DNA of 64,000 bases from Eledone cirrhosa. Lineage: Eukaryota. The stretch is from assembly GCA_964016885.1 (NCBI GenBank), contig OZ024754.1:21886001-21950000 (forward strand), read 5' to 3'. Position 1 is the stretch's first letter. Every line of letters begins with the position of its first letter. Positions 1 to 13,134 of the stretch are shown piece after piece. The position numbers and the translations under genes were made by a program. The notes under the pieces were generated by a model. That model worked only from the letters and a program-made list of their open reading frames with translations. It was not told the DNA's origin and did no database searches.

Positions 1-1025
1 GCAAAGAAAATCCAACTCTTTTATGGCCCAGGGCCCGCATTGAGTGAAAAACCTCATATTTTCAGCTTTTTAGGGTCTTTTTTTGAGGCGTTAAGTCTAA
101 CCGATTTTCCCGAAATTTCAAGGCATATTATTGATATATATAAAACTGAGGATGTCTGTGTGTGTGTGAGTTTGAATCCCTAAAACTCAAGAAGCACCCA
201 ACCGACTGTTTTCAAACTTTACACATGTAATACTTATGTTTCAGGGAGTGTTCTGAGCAAAATAAATTTCAAATTTTCAATGCCCTAGGGACCGCATTAG
301 GCGATTTAGCGATCTCTCTCTATAATTCTTAGTCTTTCTCTTTTTAGATAGATACATACATATAACGTCGCGCCCTTATAATATCTGTCTGTATGTCTGC
401 TGTCTGCATTACATCACTTCCCTGAGGATGTGTGTGTGTCTGTGAGTTTGAATCCCTAAATCTCGAGAAGTACCCAACCAACTTTTTTCAAACTTTACAT
501 GTGTATTACTTATGTTTCAGAGAGTGTTATGCGCATAAACAAATTCAACTTTTTCATCCTCTAGGGCGCGCATTAGTTGAAAAACTGCGTTTTTTCAGGT
601 TTTTAGGGGTTTTTTGAGGCATTACGTCAGACTGGTTTCCTTGAAATTGTAACTATGTATTAGTCAGTCTCTTCTTCATACCGTGAGCAAAGAAAATCCA
701 ATTCCTTTATGGCCCAGGGCCCGCATTAGGTGGAAAACTTCATTTTTTCAGCTTTTTAGGGCTTTTTTGAGGCGTTACGTCTAGACAATTTTCCCGAAAT
801 TTCAAGGCATATTATGCACATTAAAAAAATCCATTTTCTTGATCCTCTAGGGCCTGTATTAGGTGAACACCTGCATTTTTCCTGCTTCATCGAGGAAAAT
901 CTTAAAGATTATCCAGCCATCAGAGTATTCGGTTTATTTTCTTTACATATTGTCCAGGCATGCAATTTTTCCACGATTAGGTCTGTTGGCGGCCTGCGTT
1001 CCAAAATACCTTATCCCGTGCAACA
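1..1025 (+). mobile_element. Partial, rearranged copies of a non-autonomous Helitron-like repeat (same family as 23961-24590)
   Basis: Near-identical to 23961-24572, with internal re-starts at ~135 and ~423 ('ctgaggatgt..gagtttgaatccctaaa'). It is cut off at 'cccgtgcaac' (~1024), just before the 3' CTAG, where a PLE begins. Confidence 0.7.
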
Positions 1026-3490
1026 TGCCTCTATCTCCCCCATATTTCTTAAACAAGGCCCTTATCTTAGCTAGGTCTAACACTAGCTGCACTAAAAAAG
1101 AGATATAGTACTAGCTGCGCGTAGAACTATTATCCAGTGTTCGAGGGCTCCCTTTGGATCAGAACCAACCGTCCTGATAACTTCGATATCACCTTGGGGT
1201 CCAGTGATTCAGCGCAAGTGACCGACCTGGTTGGAATATATAACCTCCATAGACTTAGGGACGAGATACCGGTCCTACAAGGAGGTGTATATAGGGACGA
1301 CGCCCTATTTACCGTTAGAAATCATAGCCCCCGCAGGATAGAGAACCTTAACAAGCGCATACACAGGTTCTTCAAGTCATACGGCCTATCCGTGACTATA
1401 GACCTCAACCACCAGATAGTGAACTTCCTGGACGTGACCCTGGAGTTGGGTATGCGCCTATACAAGCCATACCATAAGCCCGGTGAGATTCTATCATATA
1501 TTAATCATGCATCCAACCACCCTAAGTCTACTCTCAACTCCATAGTATATAGCATATCCCATAGGATCTCGAGGCTCTCCTCCAATGAGAATATCTTCAA
1601 CCAAGCGGCTGACTACTACAATGCCGGATTTAGCCGAAGAATCTCCTACATCCTTAACGCTAACTCTAGAAACCATCCCCATCATCGGACTAATGTTACA
1701 GTAAGCCATACCTATAACCGAGTATGCAGCGGCCAAAGCAGAGTCAATAACTATAGTATAGAGAATCGCACTAGGAAACACGGTCGTACCGGTAACTACA
1801 CGAGTGGTGGTGTAGAAGACCTACCGCATAATAAGGGTCTCGGTACAGGCAACGTTAGCTGCTGTAGACTACTAGAATTATTCCCTTACTATAAGATTAA
1901 CAATAGCGATGGCTTATTACCTACACCCTCCAACTAGCGTTTAGCTACACGTAAACGTAACGGAAGGAAGGCGAGTGCACCCGAGCATAAAGCAAAGGGG
2001 ACGCGTAATAGGCTGCAACACAGTAGCAACAATAATAACGGTTACCTAGCCAACACGACCCGTAGCAAGCCCACAGCTACACGTAACACGTAACCGCCAC
2101 CGTAATGTCCTATGGTTCCATCCTCCCTACTCCTGGAGTGTGGCCTCCGACTTACCCAGGATATTCTTCGAAGCCTTAGAGAAGGATTTCCCACCCAACC
2201 ATAAATACAGGAAAATCCTCAATAAGAACAATATTAAAATATCCTTCTCCACTACTCCTAACTTAGCAGACATCATAGAGATGACTACTTATAGTAAGAT
2301 CACCAAAACGCGGCACCTTAGTACTGATACGTCTAGACTTGACAGCAACCCTAATAGCCTTAACGTTTCCCTTGCAGCGCCCAATAGTGTTGGCGGCAGC
2401 CCCAACAGAAGCAACCGACATAACTGTGGCGAGACTGGGGAAAATGCTGGTGACCTGTACGGGTCACGGGGCAGCAACAGAAGGCGCTGCGGCGTGCGGA
2501 GCAATAATGGTACTACCCCGCACGCCATAGGATATAATAGTACTAACTACAGAGATAGTGGCGGTGGCGTGGATAATAACATAGGTAGCAATAGTAATAG
2601 CTTGACTTCGGGCACCAGGAGCGACCGCGACCGAAAATGCAACTGTCGGGACCGGGAAAGGTGCCCGCTTAGGGGAAGTTGCCTGACAGATAGTATTATT
2701 TATAGGTGCACCATAACTAGCCATAATAGCATTAAACATTATATAGGGGCCACTTCTGGCCCATTCAAAACTAGATTTCGAACACATCTCCACTCTTTTA
2801 GAAACAAGAAACTAAGACACTCCACGTCACTTGCCAATTACATCACAACATTAAAAGACTCCAACATCAGCTTCTCCACACACTGGGAAATTGTCAGCAG
2901 GGCAGCACCGTACAATTTCAAGAGGAAATGCGAGCTCTGCCTCATGGAACTTTACCATATCATAAGAGCACCTCTCGAGCTCAGCAACAGCAGAGCAGAA
3001 TCGGTGATAAACTGCAGACACAGGATACAGCAGTCTTTCTTCGGGTGGGAAGTAATAGAGACCTGAAAACCATAAACCGGGTTACCCTACACCAAACCAT
3101 AACACTCCGGTGAGTAGGCTGTGCAAATAAACATCTGTGCACCAACTATGCATCTCAGACCCTGCCTGAATTGACAATAGTAAAGTAGCACCCACAAATT
3201 AGTTATGGAAAATCACCATTATGTGAACGGGCAATAAGCCCTTTGGGGACAATTATTCAAACACCGGCCAGAGTTACTCCCCTTGCTCTGTGTCAATAAC
3301 AACGTATATGTTTCAACTAAGAATGAACTTTGATGTATGTATCACTTTAAAACCCCTTCTGGGTCCTGTACCGAACACTCTAGTTTTCTATGCCCTTGAG
3401 AAGCCCTTTTCGGGCGAAATGTACGTAAGTGCTTTTATATAAACATGTTCTGACAGTATATATTCTCCTTTGTAATCCTTTCATTTATAT
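1025..3490 (+). mobile_element. 5'-truncated Penelope-like retroelement (RT plus C-terminal GIY-YIG, Naiad-like), with stops and frameshifts
   Basis: ORF 1137-1937 has RT motifs DITLGSSDSAQVTDLVG, GVYRDD, VNFLDVTL and SNHP. ORF 2140-3066 has CNC-x5-CPLRGSC, IIYRC..HYIGAT..FKTRF, CELC and CRH. The 3' UTR has a hammerhead-like motif and is followed by a (TA)-rich tract. Confidence 0.85.
3392..3432 (+). ncRNA. Minimal type I hammerhead ribozyme-like motif (U3:A8 core variant, degenerate helix I)
   Basis: TTGAGAA - GCCC ttttc GGGC - GAAA - TGTACG - TA, in the PLE 3' UTR. Confidence 0.55.
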
Positions 3491-3799
3491 ATATTATATA
3501 TATATAATATATATATTATATATTATATTATATATATATATTATATATTATATTATATATATATATTATATATTATGTTATATATATATTATACATTATG
3601 TTATATATATATTATATATTATGTTATATATATATTATATAATATATTATATATGTTATATATATATATTATATAAATAATATATATTTCCCGCATGAAA
3701 TAGAACAAAAGTGTCTAACCCATGCTAACATGGAAGATGGATGTTAAACGATGATGATGAGGATGATGATGATGATATATATATATTATATATATATAT

Positions 3800-4080
3800 T
3801 TATTAAAATAACAGATTAAAGTTTAAGCAAAGAATTGCTGCTTTCACCCTTAACGGGATCTTCTGAAACTAACAAAGTCAATCTGTAAACGCAGAAGTGG
3901 ATATTTCAAAAAACGTTGCAACCGGAGGAAGACAGGAAGACGATACTTTGGTTCGTGGAAACGTTCCCTGGCAAAGAACGGGAAAAACGAATATAATACG
4001 TCATTAATAGGAGCGGTGAAAAACAATTACGCGCAAAGACAGAACCACGTTTATGGTATAAAAGAAGTCGTAGACTAATG
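3800..4080. repeat. Dispersed PLE-associated repeat (other copies ~12385-12605, 14560-14815, 21812-22420, 23340-23592, 38273-38450)
   Basis: Shared sequence 'ttaaaataacagattaaagtttaagcaaagaat(c/t)gctgctttcacccttaacgggatcttctgaaact' in both orientations; one copy abuts the GIY-YIG ORF at 14560. Confidence 0.8.
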
Positions 4081-4149
4081 TTCACTTAGGTGGTTCATAG
4101 AGACGTTCTCTCGCATTAATTTTCAAATGTCATGCTTATCTGTTCGCAT

Positions 4150-4270
4150 TATTTGAGTTCAAATCCCGGCGAGGTTGACTTTGCCTTTCATCCTTACGGG
4201 GTCGATAAAATAAAGTACCAGTAATGCACTGGGTAATTGGTGGCCTTTTGCCTAAAGTAGAAACAATTAT
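4150..4270 (+). mobile_element. tRNA-derived SINE fragment
   Basis: B-box-like 'gagttcaaatcc' followed by 'gactttgcctttcatcc..gtcgataaa'; related remnant at ~24630-24785. Confidence 0.55.
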
Positions 4271-4289
4271 TTTGAGTTAATCATACCCA

Positions 4290-6803
4290 AGAGGGTTATC
4301 AATTTCATTTGTTTGTAATTTTCTTAATTTTTTATGTGCAGACTTGAAATTTTGTCAGTAGATGTTAAAATATCAATAATTTACAATTGTATATTTTTAC
4401 CGATTTTTTTTTTTTTTTTTTTTTTTTGTTAAATTTGACTTTTATGGGCAGGTGAAATTAATTAAGAGGTGTAAAAGTAATGGCTTTATGGATAAACACA
4501 AAAATTAAAACTTTATCTGACTTACCTGCTAGATTTGTTACAAAGAATATCCAACAATGACCTAGATGTTGACTTCCAACAATTTTAGCACATTTCCGAA
4601 CAGGTGAATTAATTTAAAATGCAGGTATAATCAGTACACGGTTTTAGTCTGTCTCTACATTTCATGCAAATATTTTCATTGAAAAAAATGTATAAAACTC
4701 TTTCACCAGTCAAAATAATATTGGCAATGTACTCTTACACAATGTACTGAGTAGATTTAAATAACAGAATGTGCCCAATATATAAGTTCATTAACAGGTG
4801 TGATGCAGGTGAATGCAGGTGTTTTTGTATCTAATGTGTTCCAATATATTTTTTAAATATTTTTTTCAATATGGTCAGACAATATTTCTATCATGATATT
4901 GGCCACAACAACCTTTACATAATTGCACTTTGCAAAAAGAACACATAAACGTGGTTTGAATTCCATAACCTTTAACAGTTTTTCTCTTTTGCAAAGAGCA
5001 CATTCGGCAAACCTTCTTCCTCCCATTAATTTTCTCCACTTTGTGAAAATCAATATTTTCCGTGTTTACCTCAGATAATTTTGACTTTCTCCCAACTTTG
5101 TGTTTATGAGAAGAATATCCTCCACGTAGCTGAGAGGCAACGTCTACACGAAATTTCATGTGGCAGTAGTCCTTTGGTGGTGGCGGATTCTTGTGGCTTT
5201 TAGTGAATACAATAAAAGAATTCACAATGGTTAAATTCACTAAAAACCACAAGATATATCTCCACCTTTTCTTTCCAGGGCATCCAACTGGGTAATACGC
5301 GCAATATTGGTCGGATTTGTCAACCCCACCCATATATTTATTATAGGAGAGGTTGACTAAAGGTTTACCTTCAGCCCCAACTCCTGGTTCTTGGTTAGAC
5401 GATAGGAACAAAATTTGCCGCTTGTCTTTATACAATGTGGCTAACAAGTTCCCTTTTTGCAATTGGAGAATGTCCCCTCTCTTTTTAAATTTTGTGATTT
5501 TCATTTCTTGGGGTAGCCCTTTGCGATTCCCTATTATTGTACCGCAGGTGTATGTATTTACGAGGGCAAGATCCTCTGCTAGACGCACGGAAGAAAAAAA
5601 ACGATCAGAATATATGTGTTTATGTTGAGAGTGAAAGGGTTCAGTCAGAAACCACACAACATCGTACCCCAAGCCGTATTTTCTCTCTCCGTTGTGTTTC
5701 TTTCCTGTGTAAACATCAAAGTTTACACAGTAGCCTGTGTCCAATTCACAGAGTTCCCACACCTTGATGCCCCATTTAGTGGGTTTAGCTGCATGTATTG
5801 TCTAAAATGAAGCCTACCCTTATACCCAATCATAGCTTCATCAACACTGAGATTTTTCCCAGTATATACACTGTTTTAAATTTTTCCGAGAGGTTTTTAA
5901 TTACTGGTCGAACTTTATACAGAGGGTCATAATTGAAATCATTTCTACCAGGGACATTTGAAGTATCAACCAGATGCAAATATTGGTTTAATTTCAAATA
6001 CCTTGTTTTTGGCATAATACTTGATATATAAGGGTCGCTAAACCTTATATCAGTGCTCTAGTAATTCCACAGTCTTGGAAATTGTTTTATACCAAACATA
6101 ATGTTTATGGTAAAAAACGCTTGCATCTCTGCAGCATCTGTCGGTCGCCATAGCTGATCGGGTTTTCTTTGATATGAAATCTGCTGTTGGGCATATCGAT
6201 TAGTCTATTATGCCACAACTTCGAAGAAAGTTTGTGGCAAAAACAAAAAGAAATAATCCAGTGCTTTAGCATCAGGAGATAATATATGCTGTGGACCAGT
6301 ATTTTCAACAAAATCGGGAACATGTATTGGTGTGGTATTTTTCAACCACGTTACTGAAATATCTTCAATGGCGTCCTGGAGATCTGCTTCGCTTTCACTT
6401 TCAAAATAACAATCTTCGTCGGACGAAATTTCAGAAATATAAACATCAGATTCATTTGATGATATATCACTAATATTATCGTTTGTTTCTTGTTTTTTCT
6501 GAATGTTGTCTTGTGTAAAACCTTCAAAGTCGGTATTGCTACTTTCAGAAGCCATGTTGATACAAAAAAATTTGTTGCAAAAAAAAACACATGTTGTTTT
6601 AACTTGTTTCACTATATTAAGTGTTAATTTTCGCGGTAAAGGCCTAATCTCGCAGTAGTCTCGAATGGACGAGATTTTGATGATGGTTTGTTTATTTTTA
6701 GAACAATATTTTAGTGTAGGTGTTTTCGGCCGCTTTCGGGCAGTTTGAACAAATGAAGGGGAAATAATTTTGGGTGCTTTTGGGCGCTTTGAACACTAAA
6801 GGG
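4290..6803 (-). mobile_element. Decayed piggyBac DNA transposon (transposase pseudogene ~4875-6555)
   Basis: Acidic N-terminus; catalytic motifs VDEAM (frameshifted, ~5845), YSDRFFSS and YMGGVDKSDQ; C-terminal Cys-rich domain CRMC..CSFCKVQLC..C..YH. One end reads 'AAAGGG|CTAA' (6801-6807), like GGG|TTAA; the other end was not found. Confidence 0.85.
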
Positions 6804-6894
6804 CTAATGGTTGCAATGCTTATTGATCAAACACGTACATATACAGATACACATACAAACACAGACATACACAAACACACAGGGAAACACATAC

Positions 6895-7318
6895 AAGTGA
6901 GAGTAGGCAAGGAGTTTAGTAAGGAATTCAAGGTACAGGTAGGAGTACATCAAGGTTCAGTTCTCAGCCCACTTCTGTTTATCATAGTTCTCCAGGCTAT
7001 AACAGAGGGGTTAAAGACTGGCTGCACATGGAAACTTCTCTGTAGAAGAACTAGAGAATAAGTTCTGACTATGGAAACAGAATTTACAAAGGGCTGAGAG
7101 TAAACTTAGAAAAAACTGAAGTGTTGGTAAGCAGGAAAGAAGACAGGACCCTGGTTCCACCAGGGAAATTGCCCTGTTCAGTATGCAGAAAAAAGAGTAG
7201 GCAGAAACTCCATACAATGTACACAATTCAAATCAGACTTGTCTAATCTCAGAACATAACAACTTGTCAAAGCCATGCTAACATGAAACACATGTAAAGT
7301 AATGATGATGATGATGAT
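6895..7318 (+). mobile_element. Internally deleted RTE LINE fragment
   Basis: VQVGVHQGSVLSPLLF RT motif; ends in a 'ccatgctaacatg..(gat)n' tail. Confidence 0.8.
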
Positions 7319-7442
7319 ATGAATTTAAACAATCTTCCTCTCCACCTAAAATTTAAAAAAAACCTATGAAAAAATATAAAAAAATTTATAAACTTCTGCT
7401 CTCAACTCATTGTTTTATTTATAAATATTGGATTGTTTTCAG

Positions 7443-7524
7443 GCTTTAAACAAACTCCCTGGGGTACAACCAAAGTTTTTTGTTGATGGTGTTGGTGGTT
7501 TTGATGTTCAACAAGGCCAGTTAG
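7443..7524 (+). CDS. Calpain-family gene, exon A (contains the oxyanion-hole Gln)
   Basis: tttcAG|ALNKLPGVQPKFFVDGVGGFDVQQGQL+G|GTaaga; 82 nt, ends in phase 1; matches calpain P-x-F-x-V-D-G..F-D-x-x-Q-G-x-L-G. Not in the ORF track. Confidence 0.9.
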
Positions 7525-7753
7525 GTAAGAATACAACTCATTCCTATATACATACATAAATTATATACATATATATATTCTAATTTTAAAAACACCAATG
7601 ATTCAAGGCATTGAATCTTTGGTGTTTTTAAAATTAGTATATAACAGTTCTGTGTCAACCCCATTGCATTGAGCTTTTTTTTAACCATCCTGTAAAGCAG
7701 TTTTAATACCCCATTTATTTATATCATTATTAACACTATTATTTATTTATATA

Positions 7754-7817
<64 letters not shown>

Positions 7818-7820
<3 letters not shown>

Positions 7821-8153
7821 AGGCACATGGCTTAGTGGTTAGAGCATTGGCCTTGCAATCGAAGGGTTGTGAGTTCAATTCTCAGATCAGGTAATGTGTT
7901 GTTTCCTTGAGCAAGACACTTTATTTCACATTGCTCCAGTTTACTCAGCTGTAGAAATGAGATGATAGGGACTGGGGTCCATATCATTCCACTGCAAAGT
8001 GGTCGTGGAGGTGCCACGGCAAAAAATCACCCAGCACTCACTGTAAATGAGGTTGGTGTTAGGAAGGGCATCCAGCTGTAGAAATCAAGCCAGCATCAGT
8101 TCCCGTCCCTCCGTTGCAAGCAGGGAAAAGCGGACGTAAAATGATGATGATGA
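7818..8153 (+). mobile_element. tRNA-derived SINE with RTE-type 3' tail
   Basis: A box 'tggcttagtgg', B box 'gagttcaattc', (GAT)n tail; copies at 10060-10368, 17458-17780, 23604-23933. Confidence 0.85.
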
Positions 8154-8159
8154 TATATA

Positions 8160-9437
8160 CAGGGTGCGGACGATATTTGTTCGTAAGATTACTGTCTAGG
8201 AAAAAATAACACAGTAGTTTTATTTTTTAAGATTTATTTATCAAACTTGCGTCAGTTTGTCTTCATGATTTGTTCTTTCGAATAAACCCGCCATTGGCTT
8301 TGATGATGGCCTCAAGGCGGCCTCAGAACCGGCTACAAGCCTTCGTCACTGTCCCCCGATTTAGGCCCCTAAAGGCACTTGTGATCCTGGCCTTCAGATC
8401 GTCTTTCGTATTGCAGCTAGATCTGTTGATGTCTCGTTCCACTGCGCCCCAAACAAAGAAGTCGAGGAGGTTGCAGTCAGGTGAGCTGGGAGGCCAGATG
8501 TCAGGTGAAGTGTGGTCAACGAAGTTCTCTGACAGCCAGGCTTGGGTCTTTCGGCTGGTATGGCAGGGCGCTGAGTCTTGCTGCCACACGTACGGCCTAC
8601 CTGCAGCTATCTGCAGGTAGGCCGTACGTCTGGCAGCAACGCGGTTGTAGCCATCAGTGTTCAGCTTGAGGCCCTCAGGGAAGAAGTGAGGTGGCATGAC
8701 ATCACCTTGACTGCTGACGAAACCTTAGACCAATGTTGTCACTGGAAACTTTGTCTGCATGACTCTGGGCACGTCTTTGGATGAGACAGCAAGCCACCTG
8801 TTGTTCTGTGAGTTGATCTTCTGGTCTTGGCAGAAGTTTTTCTCGTCGGAGAAAAACCACAGCATGTCTGTGGGTGTTTCAACTTGTTGATCAGCTTCTT
8901 TGCGTGCTTCAGTCGCTTTTCTTGCATTGCCTTTGACAGAAATTGTCCTTTCTTCATCTTGTATGAAACGTAGCGAATGTCTTCATGTACCACCAGCCTA
9001 ATGAGCTTTTCATCCACGCCTTTCTCCCTTGCAATGGCACGCATCGACTTGCTAGGTTCATTGTTGATGAACTTGAGCGACGAACTCGGGCATACTGAAG
9101 GCGTCAGATCGTCGATCATGTGTTTTCCTCTCTGATGTTGCTTCGTAGTCGAATCCTGAATCTTCCAATTCCTTTCTGACCTTTTCCGCCATTCTCCTGC
9201 TGACGCTGAGAAAGTCTGAAATTTCCTTATTTGTCCTCCCGGCGCGGATTCCAAGAAGAACTCCGTGTCTCTTCCACAAATTTGGAGGTTCAAAATTATT
9301 CGTAATCAATTATTCTGAAAATAAATAATGGAAATATAGTCACTGTTTTTTATGAAGACAAGAGTGAAAACGGAAGTAAAAAAAAGTTGCATAAAATTAC
9401 CAGTTGAAAATTGCGAACAAATATCGTCCTCATCCTG
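8160..9437 (-). mobile_element. Tc1/mariner superfamily, DD37D (maT) transposon; full length but frameshifted
   Basis: TIRs CAGGGTGCGGACGATATTTGTTCG / CGAACAAATATCGTCCTCATCCTG flanked by TA. Motifs FSDEK, WQQDSAPCH and WPPSSPDCNLLD, with 37 residues between the 2nd and 3rd Asp. Confidence 0.9.
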
Positions 9438-9479
9438 TATATACGTGTATATGTATGTATGTATGTATACATGTGTGTC

Positions 9480-9950
9480 GACCTTACACACTTGCACCTC
9501 TCTAAGACAATGTCACTGGACCAAGATCTTTCGCGCTACGTAGTAATACAGAAGACACGGCTTGCCTATGTACAAAGCGAAACCTACAGTTAGTAGGCAC
9601 CTCTTAACCAAATATACACCCCAATCCACTACCCCTACTCTACCCTCCCACTCTCACCAACACCACAACATCCATGAGATAATGAGATCGAGATCGTGTA
9701 GGTGTCACGACAAAAAAAACACACAGTCCACGCTGTAATGTGGCCGTGTCGGTAACACAGTAAAAAGTTCCCAGTTCCACACTGTAAATGTGGTTGGTGT
9801 TAGGAAGGGCATCCAGCCGTAGAAAACCTGCCAGATAGTCCTATATGAGCGAGACACGGTCACCCGACCAACCTTGCCTCAAGTGGGACAACTCCCGTCT
9901 AACCCATGCTAGAATGGAAGATGGATGTTAAACGAAGATGATGATGATGA
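9480..9950 (+). mobile_element. RTE LINE 3' end
   Basis: Close match to ~28415-28900; (GAT)n tail. Confidence 0.85.
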
Positions 9951-10059
9951 CGTGTGAGTGTGTATATATATATACTCTGCTCTGTAGGAGCGTAGAGTGC
10001 TCAACTGGTATACCGCCTATGGACGCATCCTAGCAACCATACGACATATATCTTCATTT

Positions 10060-10368
10060 CATTTTACGTCCACTTTTCCCTGCTTGCAAGGGTGGGACGG
10101 GAACTGATTTCTACTGCTGGATGCCCTTCCTAACACCAACCTCATTTACAGTGAGTGCTGGGTGCTTTTTAGCCGTGGCACCTACACGACCACTTTGCAG
10201 TGGAATGATTTGGACTCCAGTCCCTAACATCTCATTTCTACAGCTGAGTAAACTGGAGCAATGTGAAATAAAGTGTCTTGCTCAAGGAAACAACACATTA
10301 CCCGGTCTGAGAATTGAACTCAATTTCGATTGCAAGACCAATGCTCTAACCACTAAGCCATATGCCTT
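10060..10368 (-). mobile_element. tRNA-derived SINE
   Basis: Reverse complement of 7818-8153. Confidence 0.85.
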
Positions 10369-10404
10369 TCTATATATATATACATATATATATATATATA
10401 ATAT

Positions 10405-11445
10405 ATAGAAAGGATTAGGAATAAGGTTAATAGAATAAACTTATGGTATGATAGCAATAAATACCAAAGTGTAATGTTCATCAATACAACCCCTAGAGGT
10501 GAATTAGCTTACAAATTCAGAAGGGCCCTAGATAAACATAAACTCAATATTAAGATAGTAGAAAGACCAGGTACCTCCATAAAAACACTTATTAGCAAGA
10601 CATACCCTGTTCAAAGACCTCCCTGTATAGATAAGAAATGTATAATCTGTAAATTAAGCCCCCATATTAACTGTAAAACTAGAAATGTAGTATATAGCAT
10701 AAGATGTACTGAAGGACAATGTAGAGATAAAAATATAGTGTACATAGGTGAGACAGCTCGTAGTATAGGAGAACGGATAAATGAACACTGGCGAGAGCTT
10801 CAAGATAGTAAAGAATCATCTGTACTCTACCAACATGCTAAAATAGAACATAAGGGTAAATTAGAGAACATAGAAATAAAAATAGAATCTACACACAGAA
10901 AAGACGCAATGTTTAGACAAATCACAGAGGCAATAAATATAAATGAACTCCAACCAAAATTAAATAGAAAGCATGAATGGAATAGCAACATCACAACTTA
11001 GAATTAAGGACAAAATGAAAACACACACACACATAGAACAAACAACCAACCAGTAACATGTAAATAAACAAATAAATAAGCAAATATAAACACACACAGA
11101 CACCCGGATGTAACACATGCACAAACTAAGCACACAACACACACAAAAACAAGATGGCTTAGGACAGAACAAAGGAGAGGCACAAAAACAAAGAAAAGAA
11201 TCCCCAGTCACTGAAGAGGTCACAGAATGTGTGACGAAAGAACTTTGACAATATATGAACAATCGTCTGGTTGTGGAACCAACCGGAAATTTATAAATTC
11301 CTAAATTTATAAATTTAATTTATAATAAATTGAAGTGAAAGCACTGGTGCGTGTGTTTCTTATTGGCAACATGACCATCCCAAAGTATAACAATATTGGT
11401 TTCAACACACGTTTTCAGATAAAGAATCTTGCTAAACAAATTCAG
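10405..11445 (+). mobile_element. PLE pseudo-LTR fragment: GIY-YIG end, UTR with hammerhead, then the start of the next unit
   Basis: ORF 10474-11001 NVVYSIRC..YIGETARSIGERINEH; 11375-11440 resembles the ORF start at 30541-30610. Confidence 0.85.
11207..11249 (+). ncRNA. Minimal type I hammerhead ribozyme motif
   Basis: GTCA - CTGAAGA - g - GTCACA gaatg TGTGAC - GAAA - GAAC - TT - TGAC; helix I GTCA/TGAC and a 6-bp helix II. Confidence 0.7.
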
Positions 11446-11454
11446 AAATGAAAT

Positions 11455-11479
11455 GTATATATATATATATTTGTATATG

Positions 11480-11512
<33 letters not shown>

Positions 11513-11577
11513 ATATATATGTGTGTGTGTGTATATATATATATATGTGTGTGTGTGTGCATATATGTGTGTGTGTG

Positions 11578-11608
<31 letters not shown>

Positions 11609-11699
11609 ATATATATACGTGTGTGTGTGTGTGTATATATATATGTGTGTGTATATATATATGTGTGTGTCTGTGTGTATATATATATATGTGTGTGTG

Positions 11700-11746
<47 letters not shown>

Positions 11747-11787
11747 GTGTGTATATATATATATGTGTGTGTGTATATATATATATA

Positions 11788-11836
<49 letters not shown>

Positions 11837-11887
11837 ATATATATGTGTGTGCGTGTATATATATATATGTGTGTGTGTATATATATA

Positions 11888-11918
<31 letters not shown>

Positions 11919-11920
11919 GT

Positions 11921-11975
<55 letters not shown>

Positions 11976-12000
11976 ATATGTATATATATATAAATACAAG
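11455..12000. repeat. Compound (TA)n/(TG)n microsatellite
   Basis: Direct inspection. Confidence 0.95.
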
Positions 12001-12370
12001 TATGTATATGTACATATATGTGTACAGATGCACAGTAGTATGTATATATATACATACACGCACACATATATATGTATGTATGGGTTTACCGAACATTTAT
12101 TATAATGTTCGGTTTGTTTGTAAACAAACAGCCCGAATTATGCCGTACAGTGCTTGGCAACCATCGTTGCCCTTTTGTTCAACACTGACACAGGAACGAT
12201 GAACTAGTTTCAAGCTTATTAGGTATCCTCAGCAGCGTATACCTTTCTATCAGATGATTGAACATCTGAAAGTATATACTTTCCTTATGCATATTAACGG
12301 CTGAGCAGCCTAATTTGCATATCGAGTAAGTTAGACGGCCTGGCATACCGTTTCATTCTTTTCCATTTAT
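11995..12370. repeat. Unclassified dispersed repeat with an inverted copy at ~16680-17055 and a partial copy at ~16500-16640
   Basis: 'gggtttaccgaaca..ttataatgttcggtttgtttgtaaacaaacagcccgaatta..' is the reverse complement of 16920-16978. Confidence 0.8.
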
Positions 12371-12603
12371 ATATATATATATATATATTTATTAAAATAA
12401 CAGATTAAAGTTTAAGCAAAGAATTGCTGCTTTCACCCTTAACGGGATCTTCTTAAACTCCCGTTAAGGGTGAAAGCAGCGATTCTTTGCTTAAACTTTA
12501 ATCTGTTATTTTAATAAATATTTGCTCTACGGTTCTTATATATTTGATATATATTTATCCTTATCGAGCCCTCTTTGGATTTTAGTCTTCAAATTTATTA
12601 TTA

Positions 12604-12657
<54 letters not shown>

Positions 12658-12812
12658 AGGGATAACAAAATATCGTTATAGATAATCCAGTTAGAGGTAG
12701 TGAATACTTTGTATTGTGGATAGTTTTAGCGTACGGCGTTGTTTGACTCAACAAGAGGTTTCTGTAGGTGACGAGTTTATGGGTTCTCTTGCATTCCTAT
12801 GTAAGTTTATCT

Positions 12813-12937
12813 TGGAGTAATAATATTGAAAGAGTGAAGAATAGCATGGTCAACGGAGTAATAATATTGAAAGAGTGAAGAATAGCATGGTCAACGGAGT
12901 AATAATATTGAAAGAGTGAAGAATAGTATGGTCAACC
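12813..12937. repeat. Three-copy ~42-bp tandem repeat
   Basis: ggagtaataatattgaaagagtgaagaatagcatggtcaac repeated three times. Confidence 0.9.
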
Positions 12938-13134
12938 GTACAAAAAAGGGGGCTTTGTTTACAGTCTTAAGAATTGTTTCACTGATTAAGTTGTCTAAAA
13001 ATTGCTGAACACTTGAAGCTGTGCCACTCAATTTTAAATATGTTGTTAGCTTAACCAGATCATCAGAAAAACTGTTAATATATGCTCTGTTTCTACGAAT
13101 TCAAATTACTGTATATATATATATATATATATAT

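Noticed and set aside
2140-3490. Selenocysteine-encoding Naiad element
   Set aside because: The conserved Cys positions here and in 13967-14611 are ordinary Cys codons, with no in-frame TGA. No SECIS is evident by eye; a SECISearch run would settle it.
4875-6612. Domesticated PGBD-type gene
   Set aside because: Frameshifts and a stop split the transposase, including at the first catalytic Asp.
7818-7895. tRNA gene
   Set aside because: It is the head of a multi-copy SINE and continues into a SINE core and RTE tail.
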